Shown: piece after piece, positions 53,642 through 64,000 of the stretch | How the letters are laid out: every line of letters starts with the position of its first letter | Position numbering within the stretch: position 1 is the stretch's first letter | Source: Eledone cirrhosa | Lineage: Eukaryota | NCBI GenBank assembly: GCA_964016885.1 | Contig: OZ024741.1 | Coordinates: forward strand, 346,580,001-346,644,000 | Direction of reading: 5' to 3' | DNA: 64,000 nt | Translations under genes and position numbers: made by a program | The notes under the pieces: generated by a model | Databases searched by the model: none | What the model was told of the DNA's origin: nothing | What the model saw: the letters and a program-made list of their open reading frames with translations, nothing else

Positions 53642-56600
53642 AAACATATACAGCCTAGATTATGATACATATAGAAAGTTTATATATAATGAACTACACA
53701 AGAGCTACAAGAAAACTACTATGAAAAACCTAGAAGATATTAATTTAGAAGGCCGTAATATTGTGTCCAAACTGGGACTTCAGAATCATACACAACCATA
53801 CACCCCCACCTAGATGCTCTCTGAAGGACCATAAGGAGGATTTCATTAGTAACCCTTCGATTTGACTAATCTGCACTTCCAAGTCTGACATTTGCATAAT
53901 CAGTAAGAACATTTTAGATAAAATCATCCCACAGATTAAACACAAAATATACCTTAAACAGTGGGGAAATACGGGTGAAGTTATTGAATGGTTTAAGGAT
54001 ATCAAGGAAAACAAAAATAAAAAATTTATTCAATTTGATATCAATTCATACTACACCTCTATTTCCCCTATCCTATTAAATAAGGCACTAATTATGGCCA
54101 TGAACAATAGTGACCTGATTAGACGCCAGATTGATGTCATACTTGCGGCCAGCAAAACCGTAATCACTTTTGAAGACCAGTTATGGACCCGCAAGTATAC
54201 GCATAACAACTTTGACAAAACCATTGGATCTAGTGACTCGGCGCAGGTGAATGATTTGGTGGGCCTATACCTACTAAACGAAATCCATAAGGACCTTCCA
54301 TACCTCAACGGTGGTTTGTACCGCGACGGTGCACTACTCCTTATAGACTATAACAAAATTAATATAGAAAGAACTAGAAAACTATTGCACACGACTTTCA
54401 AAAACTATAACCTAAGTATCACCATAGACAAAAACATAAAAAACGTTAACTTCCTAGATACCACCCTTTACCTAGACTCTAAGATATATACACCATTCCA
54501 TAAACCTAACGAAAAACCGATTTACGTAGATACCAAGTCTAACCACCCTAGATCAATATTAAACTCTATCTCTAAAGGAATATCCAATAGAATCTCTAAT
54601 CTATCTTATTACGAAACCATATTCAGCAAAAACTCACAATACTATAATCAGGCATTAGCTAGATCAGGACATAATGTGGAGATCGAGTTCCTACCTATAA
54701 AAACACATAGTTACAACATTATTTCGCACAATATGTCCATGAGGAAAAATAGTAATAAGAATAATAACCACACACATACTCTAGTACGAAGGGTGGCAAC
54801 AAACGTAACTCAAACCAGAGAGGACACCAAAATACCATAAACGAGAACATCTCACCAGACATAAAAAACAAAAATAGAAGAACTAATACATTTTTCAACC
54901 CGCCTTTCAATCTAAACGTCTCTACCAACCTACCTAAGGCTTTCTTCTCACTCCTGGATAAAAACTTCCCATCTGGCCATAAGCACCATAGTCTTATACA
55001 TAAAAAAACACCATTAAAATCTCCTACTCTACCCACGCCTAACATAGCATACCACATAGCTAGTAGCAATAAAATAAAGATTAATACTTACTTTCAACAA
55101 ACTAAAACACAGCAAGGGTTAAACTTTCAAAACAGCGTAATATCTGCAAACCCTGATATCAATAGTAATAATAGTAATAACACTAGTGAAATCAATAACA
55201 CTTGGAGCGACAGCCCCCATAGCCATAATGCAATACCTAGCAACCAGACGTCTACACAACATAATAACCGGCAGGTTAACATCCAAAATAATTGTAGCTG
55301 TAGATCTAATAGAACCTGCCATTTAGATAAAAACTGCTTAATCAAGGACACCATATACTCATGCACCGTCAGAACTAGGAACTCTTCTGAAACCTATATA
55401 GGCTCTACTTCGACCTGCTTCAAAACCAGATACAATTCACACTTCCATTCTTTCAAAAAAACACAGTCTAGCCAACTCCACTTCACTATCTAGCTACATA
55501 CACTATCTAAAAACTAGAAATAGATCTTATACACTTCAATGGGAAGTGATAGGTAAGAGGGCATCGTACAGACCACCTAATAAATTCTGTAACCTCTGTC
55601 TACTAGAGACCCATACTATAATCTTCTCGAACTTTAACCTCCTTAATAAAAAATCGGAATTGTTTGCGTCGTGCCAGCACCGCTTCTGGCACTCCTTCCA
55701 AAACTTTAAACCCAATATATAACAATCTCAGACTTGAACCCATCACCGCTTCTAACACCACACCTCAAGGGCACGCCTTACACCACAACACCACACTCTC
55801 TGATCCACCCTATCTCGACACAAATCATTCCATCTACCTATAACTTTATATCCTAGAAATATCCCCATAAACACCTACTTTTAATATAATTACTTTCAAT
55901 TACTTATAATTATGTAGTGATATAATACAGTCTATATAAACTTTAAATACTAGAATAGTGAATTATATATGCAATTGTAATTAAATGTATGGAGTAATAA
56001 CATTGGATATATATAGGATTAATTTATTAGAATAAGGGATCTGTCTAACTTATATGTAGGGTGCTGCAATGAATTATGTATGAATTATATAAGAATTATA
56101 TATGCAAGTATAACTTGATGGATAGATTAATGACATTGTAAATGAGGGATGTATTTGTCTGCCCGAGAGATGTATTTGGTTTTGTCATGCAAACAGCCAT
56201 ACGTTGCTCCATAACTTACCAGGGGTTATGTAGACAAAATTCTAATAGGTCCTCTGATGTGTTTTGAGAGTAGGCTGTATTTACAGTGAACTTTGATATA
56301 AAGATATGGCACTTTGTATGGGAAATTCAATTGTAGCACTATATAATAAGGAGTAATCAACTTACTATAGATACCTTTAGTACATTATGATAGAGTAGAC
56401 TGTATTTAAAATTGAAAACTAGATATAAATATATAACCGTTATATAAGGGACTCAATTGAGGCACCATATAATGTATGTTAGAACAATGAATTTAGTTAT
56501 GAGAATCAGCTAGTTACCTCCCCTTACGCATTAACTCCCCTTAATTACACACATACTTCCGGGTAATAAACCACTGTAAATTCTCGCAGCAGAAAGAACC

Positions 56601-57449
56601 TACTCTATAAATATGGATTAAATAACACTGAGCCTCAATACACTACAATAATTTAATGCATCAAACATTCACTACTGAATCATCGTTACTTACGTGATGG
56701 ATGTAAAAAGTATTTCTTTCTTATTCTGATTGTGAAAATGGTGGTGGATACGAAAACTATAACTTTCTTTTGCTTCTTTTTCTTTTTATTTTTCTGCACA
56801 CATACTTTTTCGATCTATACTAAAAATACTCTACCACTACAACCACCGTAATACTCTTGCTTACCGCTTAAAGTGCTTGCATTACATGTAACACCTTGCC
56901 ACACAATAATCGTATAAAAATGAGACTCACTTGCATGCTCCATGTGTAACTAACGCATACACTACCTACTAGATCTGACTATCAAACTATCCTCCTGCAT
57001 TATCTGTGTTATCTGCCGAATGTATTTTAATTTTAATTTTAATTTTAATTTTAATTTTAATTTTTATTTTGATCTTGAATTTGAATTGCTGTACAAAAAT
57101 AGTATAGTGTAATATATGTCACTGCACTGTACATCAATATATATAAATGTATCTGTATGTCTCTTGCGTCGGAAGGGAGGTCAATTATATGTGCAAACAT
57201 TGAAAAATACTCCGAAGAAATCAAGCCTAGGTATGGATGAAACAATTGTAAGTGAATAAATGCTTTGAACATAGGTTTTATTTTTGTGAATTCTATATAA
57301 CTGCTCTGTAGAACAACTGATGTTATTACATTGAGCTATTTATCTTACTGGTAATAAGGTAGTAATAAATTACTGACATTCACTGTTTAAGGTTTAAAAT
57401 ATACATAACTATAAACAGTTTAATATATACATAACCATAAATAGTATCC

Positions 57450-57450
<1 letters not shown>
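53640..57450 (+). mobile_element. Second Naiad-type PLE: RT + GIY-YIG pseudogene (~53780-55722), ~1.7-kb 3' UTR with HHR
   Basis: LKDHKEDF, QFDINSYYTSIS, IGSSDSAQVNDLVG, LYRDG, NFLD, SNHP, FNPPF, CSCRSNRTCHLDKNC..TIY..YIGST..FKTRYNSH, CNLCLLE, LNKKSELFASCQH. Confidence 0.9.
57208..57254 (+). ncRNA. Hammerhead-like motif, CCGAAGA core
   Basis: TACT-CCGAAGA-AATC...GGAT-GAAA-CAATTG-TA-AGTG. Confidence 0.6.
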
Positions 57451-57487
<37 letters not shown>

Positions 57488-57489
<2 letters not shown>

Positions 57490-58444
57490 GGGGTAACAAA
57501 TAATAGTTATATGCAGTCCACTTAGGTGTAGTCCAGTTATGGTATTCCGGGTAGTGGATGATATTAACGCTTGGCTAAGTTTGACTCAACAAGGCGTTTT
57601 CATAGTGATGCTGCGAGTACGTTGTAATTCCTATGTTGTAAACACTTGGAGTAATAATACATCAGGAAAGAAGTGTGACACGGTTTGCTATTAAAAAAAA
57701 GGTTTTTAATCTCATTGCTGACAATTGTTTCTCTGAACTGGTAGGTCTAGAGATCGCTATCCGCTTATTTTCGCGTTACTCGATCGCCAATACAAAATTA
57801 TAACCAGTCAGTTCATCGGAGCTTGCGAGAATAAAGAGAATATACAGGCATGAAAGGAATATACAGGCTACTATATGTAGTATTAATGGCATTCAGTTAG
57901 AACAATAACAACAATATCAACAATGCTAGCAATAAAATATTTGAAATAATCACAACATCAATCTAGGTGGGGGGTATAGTATATCTATGATTTTAGCGTG
58001 TAAAACTAGCTGACATGCAGCAGATGTATAACATTGACATGTAAAGACTGTCGTAGGGTGTATTATATCAAGTGTAAAGATAAGCCGGTGTTTTTAGACA
58101 ATCTAGGTCAGGTGGCCGTAATAGTTAGTTTTTATCTGACCTAGATTGATGTTGTGATTATTTCAAATATTTTATTGCTAGCATTGTTGATATTGTTGTT
58201 ATTGTTCTAACTGAATGCCATTACTACTACATATAGTAGCCTGTATATTCCTTTCATGCCTGTATATTCTCTTCATTCTCGCAAGCTCCGATGAACTGAC
58301 TGGTTATAATTTTGTATTGGCGATCGAGTAGCGCGAAAATAAGCGGATAGCGATCTCTAGACCTACCAGTTCAGAGAAACAATTGTCAGCAATGAGATTA
58401 AAAACCTTTTTTTTAATAGCAAAACGTGTCACTCTTCTTTCCTG

Positions 58445-58446
<2 letters not shown>
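57488..58446 (+). mobile_element. Non-coding fold-back element, arms 57661-57968 / 58138-58446
   Basis: Near-identical inverted arms with mirrored HHRs. 57579-57658 is homologous to the family A segment 1601-1680. Confidence 0.85.
58277..58397 (+). ncRNA. Hammerhead-like motif, CCGAUGA core, long stem II (mirror at 57710-57830 minus)
   Basis: TCTCG CAA GCT-CCGATGA-A CTGA CTGGT...ACCAG T TCAG A-GAAA-CAATTG-TC-AGC AA TGAGA. Confidence 0.7.
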
Positions 58447-58508
<62 letters not shown>

Positions 58509-58509
<1 letters not shown>

Positions 58510-61380
58510 GGAAACATTTGAACAGGGACAAAACAGAGAGGCAGTACAACGAATGTTTATTAATTTCACGTTCTGGAGAGTGGGGTGTTGGTGGGGGACG
58601 ACGTTTCGGGCATAAGCCCTTCCTCAGGTGAGAAGTGTGTGGGAACAGAGTTCAAAGGGTGTGTAGGGGAGTGGTGGAGAGACATATAGCGAAAGGAAAC
58701 GGTGCGAATGAAAAAATAAAAAAATAAAGATAAAAATAAAAATAAAGCATGATCAAAATACAAGGAAGGAAATAAATTTAAATATAAAAGCATGATCAAA
58801 ATAAACTGAAATTAAAAGGGGGGTAAAACAGGTGGTGGAAGGGTGTGGGGTGTGTAGGGGTGGTGGCGGGTGGAGTGGCGAGAGAGAGACGGGGTGTCCG
58901 AGCGGGGAGGGCTGAAGGTGGTGTGTGTGTGTAGGTGTACGTGTGTGTGTGTGTGTGTATGTGAAAGTAAGGGTTAGGGGAAGAACGGGGTTGCATGTTC
59001 AGGAAGAGGTGTGTGTGTGGGAGGGTGGGGGGTGGAGAGGAATCAGGAGGCTGAGGGTGTAAATATGTGGTGGAAAGCACGTGTGTGTGGGGTTTAAGCG
59101 TGTTGTGGGTGTAGGTGGCGTGTGGAGAAAAAACATTTTTGGGGGTGTGTGTGTGGGTGAGTTATATAGGTGATTACGTAAGAGGATGGTTGAAAAGTAG
59201 ATAAATTCCAAAGGTGTTTAGAGGATTCGGGGTTGGTCAATTTCTACGTGCGGGTATTCCATGAAGCGATGGTCAGAAGAGGAGAGATGTGGGGTGCGCG
59301 CGCAACAGGAAGTGGTCAAGCAGTGGGAGTTCTGTGTGTCTGTTTGTGCTGGGAGGTGGTCAGAAGGGCATAGCAGCAGTCGGTGGAATGATAAAGGGGC
59401 GAGGATGGGTAGGTGTGAAAGTTGGAGTGAGGAGGGTGTGTGTGTGTGTATTAGTAGAGGTGTTAGTGGGATGAGTGAGTGTGGAGCGAGGGTGTGGGTG
59501 GAGCGGGGAGAGAAGGGTGTGTGTGGTTCTATGGAGGGAGTGTGGTGTACTGGTGTGTGTGTAGTTTGATGAAGGGGTGTTAGTGGGTGTTAGTATACGG
59601 GAGGTGGGGAGGGGTTGAATGCAGGTGTGAGTGGGGGTTAGTGGTGGTAGGGTGTGTAGAGTTGGTGGTATACGAGGGTGTGTGGGTACGTGTGCGTGTG
59701 GTTGGGGGGTGTTAGTGATGTTAGTTGCGTGTGGGGTGGGTGGGTGGTGTAAGTGGGTGCCTGTGTTCATGTGCTTGGGGTTAGGGGTGTTAGTGGCGGG
59801 GTGGTGGGATGGTGGTGTGGAGGTGAGAGGTGAGGGGTGAGGGTTAGTGGTGGTAGTAGGGTATGTGTTTAGTGTGAGCGCGTGTATATATGTGCCGGTG
59901 GGTGTGTGCGTGTGATAAGGAGGGGAGGAGGAGAAGAAGGTAGGGATGTTAGTATGTTAGTTGGGGAATGGTGGTCAGATGAGGGGTGGAGTGGAGGTGT
60001 TAGTATTGTTAGTTGTGGGGTGGGCGGTTAAAAGGAGGGGTGTGTTAGTGGTGTTAGTGGGGGATAAGTGTGGGGGGAGGGGGCGGTCGAAGGCTAAAGG
60101 AATAAGGGTGGGGAGTTCAGGCCGGGGGGAGTGTGGGTCTGTAAGATGAAGATAGTTCGTTGTTCGACCGTAAGGCGATTGGCGGGTGTTACGTGGCACT
60201 GGAGTAGGCCACAGACTGTGAGATGGCGTGCGGAATGTCCAGGGCCACCAAAGTGGCGGGCGATGGGGGAACTACCCCCGAGACGAATATCCCGGAGGTG
60301 CTCAGTGAATCGGTCTGTCAGGCGAAGTCCGTAGACTAGGTTGGAGTAGGTGCAGCGGAAGGCATGCCGGATAGAGAGAGAGTGGCCGTTGGGACCCTGG
60401 AAGGTGTTGGTGTTGGTGATGTGGGGACAGGTGTTGCAGCGGGGCCTAGAACAGGGAAAGGAACCGGGGGGGAAACAGAGCGTGGGTTGGGGGGTAGGGA
60501 GCTGTGGACGAGGAGGGTGCGGAGATTGCGTGCGCGTTTGAAGGAGGGGAGTGGTGGGGTTGGGAAGATGTGGGAGGTGGAGGGGTCGGAGTGGAGGCGT
60601 CGGAAGAGGCGGTGGATGGTGCGGTGGAGGGGTAAGTTGGAGGGGTGGTAGGTGATGGGGAAGGGGAGACGGTGGGTGGCTGTGCGGGGGCGTGGGGTGA
60701 GGGTGGTGGAGCGGGGGACAGCACGGGCGTGGGTAGAGAGCGGTGTGGACGAGAGAGGGGGGGTAACCTCTGCGGATGAAATGGCTGACTAGGGAAAGGG
60801 CCTGGGACTCAAAGTCAGCATCTCGGCTACAGAGGCGCCGGATCCTGAGAAGTTGGGAGTAGGGAATGGAGTGTTTAGTGTGGGTGGGGTGGGAAGAGGT
60901 GAAGTCGAGATAAGAGTGGGAGTCGGTGGGTTTGAAGAAGGCGGATGTGACGAGGGAGTGGTGGGAGGGGTCGAAGGCGACGGAGATGTCTAAGAAGTGG
61001 ACGTGGGGGGTGGAGATAGAGGTGGTGAAGTAGAGGGAGGGGTGGAAGGAGCAGAAGAAGGAGAGAAAGGAGTCGATCTGTTCTCGGGTGAGGGTCGTGG
61101 CTCCAATACAGTCTTCAATGTAACGACCGTACAGTTCGGGCGCGGGGCCGGTGTACTGGGCAAAGATTTGGGCCTCAACATGGCCAAAAAAAGGTTGGCA
61201 TAGTTCGGGCCCATTCTTGTACCCATGGCTACCCACGTGACCTGTTGGTAAAACTCACCGGAGAAGGAGAAACAATTCAGAGTGAGGACCAGCTCGGCGA
61301 GGCGAAGGAGGGTGGGGGTGGAGGGAATGGGGGAGGGGCGAAGGTCGAGGTAGTGTTTGAGGGCGCGTAGGCCGTCGGCA
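58509..61380 (-). mobile_element. 5'-truncated Neptune-type PLE: GC-rich RT + partly deleted GIY-YIG (~60094-61380), C/A-rich 3' UTR, HHR core at 58598-58629
   Basis: AMGTRMGPNYANLF, RYIEDC, FLDI, KPTDSHSYL..SSHP, IPYSQLLRIRRLCS, PCSRPRCNTC, RFTEH, PGLN. Minus strand CTGAGGA-A GGGC TTAT GCCC-GAAA-CG-TC with weak stem I. Confidence 0.9.
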
Positions 61381-61412
61381 TATATATATATATATACATA
61401 TATGTATGTATG

Positions 61413-61454
<42 letters not shown>

Positions 61455-61764
61455 GTATGTGTTGGTTGTTTATCGACACCTCAGTATGCATGCTGGAGCA
61501 CTCAACGAATCACGCAGGTTAGTTTGTTTACTCCGGAGTAATGTAAAATAAGTAAGTCAAACCTGTTAAATTTGGCTTCGTTTATTATAAATTCTCTGCT
61601 ATATATATTTCAGTGACAACTATTATTGGCTGTGACCTCATGAGGCAGTACGAATTATTTTAGAAAAAACAGGTAAACTTGTTGTTGAAATGTGTCCCAC
61701 TCTGTCAATTCATCGATATGTCCATCTCCTGATTGTGCTGTTAGTCCTCCGATGAACTGGAATC

Positions 61765-61881
<117 letters not shown>

Positions 61882-62936
61882 TGTGTGTGTGTGTGTGTGC
61901 GTGTGTGCGTGCGTGCGCGTGTGTGTGTGTGTGCGTGTGCGTGTGTGTGCACGCGCTTGTGTGTGCACGCGCCTGTGTGTGTGTGTGCTTGTGTAAGTCT
62001 GCAATGCTTGTTTCAAGGTATGCGACGATATAGAGCATGTCTACATATCCGTACATGTGTGACCATTTTGACACAGTCTACATATTAGCCTTCGTTTCTG
62101 TCCACTCGCTTACAGTCAGCTCCCGTACTATTGCTTCCAGGTATATTTCGCGTAGACTTCCTTTGCACTCATACATTTTCTTTTTTTTGTCAATTCATTG
62201 TAATGACTCATTGAAATTCTACCCCTTTAAAGTTGTTTCTACTTTGTGGGTAATTTCCTCCCATTTTCTGTAATTTCTCGTCATTGTCCTCCTTCATATT
62301 GCCTTTCTTACTTTGATAAACATTACTATGAATGCTTTAACAAATACACACATACATTTGTACAGATATAGATTATATGCATATACATGCACATAGAGAC
62401 AGACTCATAAAAAAATATGCACGCATATACATACGTACATATACGTAGGCATATACATTTTCCCTGGAAAGTGCATACATACTGACTCTCTCAAAAGTTG
62501 CAGAGAGACAGAATCATTGATTAACAGTGACAACAACAAATCTAAAATCAAACACGTCAAGAACTACAACAACAATGGCAAAAATATAGTAACAACAACA
62601 TAAAGATAACAACGACAATGACAACGTCGAGGACAACATACATGAAAAAACATAAAATCATTGACAATATTAGAAAGATTACTAGCTCAAACTAAACAAA
62701 GCACAAAACATCTGCCTGTCAGTTATAAATTTTTAACTGTAAAATGTCACCTATACAATAGTTCTGAATAAGATTACCACTTGTCGAATGTTTCCAGTGA
62801 TTTCCTATATATTTCCATAGTAATTCTATAGTACACACACACACGCACACACACTCACACACACACGCATATATATATATATATACACATATATATAATC
62901 GTTAGTATTGTCAATAATATATATATATATATATAC

Positions 62937-62996
<60 letters not shown>

Positions 62997-63050
62997 ACAA
63001 ATGTATGTATATAAGGATTTATAAATATGTATATAGATATCTATATAGAC

Positions 63051-63232
<182 letters not shown>

Positions 63233-63701
63233 GGTGGATATGTAGTTACGTTTTTACTGATTTACCAGTTTCCATATGTTTTTCTTTGCATCAATACAAC
63301 AAATATCCAATGGGGGAGAACTTTCTTTTATATTATTTATTTCCTTTGATTTTTGAATATTACATACATATCAACGAAGACCTACACCCATATGTTTGTG
63401 TATAACATATATTTAATTATTTATTTGCTTATTCAGTTAGTTATATATGTGGATGCATGTGTGTACCACACACATCTGGATGCATGTGTATGTGTATGTA
63501 CCAGCACATTATTGGACCACTTATTTTCTTGAGCTAAGGGGACTAGAGCAATGTCAAAAACAATGTACGTTGGCGGGAATCAATGACAATAAAATACAAC
63601 TCGCTAAACCGCATTCTACCCGAGTAAACACATACATAAATGTATGTACCCGTGTGCATAGCTTTATACACACACACACACACGCATATATATATATATA
63701 A

Positions 63702-64000
63702 TTCTTCTTCTTCTTCTTCTTCTTCTTCTTCTTCTTCTTCTTCTTCTTCTTCTTCTTCTTCTTCTTCTTCTTCTTCTTCACCAAATTATCTACGAGAATG
63801 TCGTGGGCACAGAGTTCTCAAACATGACTTCCAACGTGAGCTGTCAGGATGAACCCCTCATATTGATCCTGATGTATACCCCAGAGAAATCAACCGAGCT
63901 AATGGATGTTATCCAACTATCTTGCTACTCTATCATGTAATGTCAATCCAAAGATCCATCTCTGATGCAACTCGTTTACATCTCAGAAACTTGGAAAACT
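63702..64000 (-). mobile_element. Probable RTE-like LINE 3' end with (GAA)n tail, running off the window
   Basis: (TTC)n at 63702-63779. Terminal motif shared with 44270-44310. Confidence 0.5.

Noticed and set aside
51940-55722. In-frame TGA codons in Naiad-type ORFs as possible selenocysteine (reported for some Naiads)
   Set aside because: The TGAs checked (52743, about 53863) fall at expected Arg positions (CGA>TGA decay), and the conserved Cys motifs use TGY codons.

Overview
Eukaryotic, AT-rich, microsatellite-saturated DNA. The SINE type and the (TA)n/(CA)n/(GA)n load suggest a cephalopod such as Octopus (inference). No host protein-coding gene is recognisable, and almost all short ORFs in the track are microsatellite artefacts. 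All convincing coding signal belongs to decayed transposons: a Tx1/L1-like LINE, two R4/Dong-like RLE LINEs, a CR1-group LINE, three Naiad-type and one Neptune-type Penelope-like elements (PLEs), and mariner, Helitron, RTE and SINE fragments. The main signal the ORFs do not explain is RNA-structural. About 25 type I hammerhead-ribozyme (HHR)-like motifs from more than a dozen short, mostly non-coding element families sit between (TA)n tracts. They occur as fold-backs or as tandem units of 400, 467, 520 and 707 nt (retrozyme/circRNA candidates). They have palindromic stem III sequences and recurrent non-canonical cores: a U3-A8 swap, CCGANGA, a 5-nt CUCGA core, a mismatched first pair of stem II, and very long stem II inserts. 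All folds were assigned by eye, and no cleavage activity or expression is shown.
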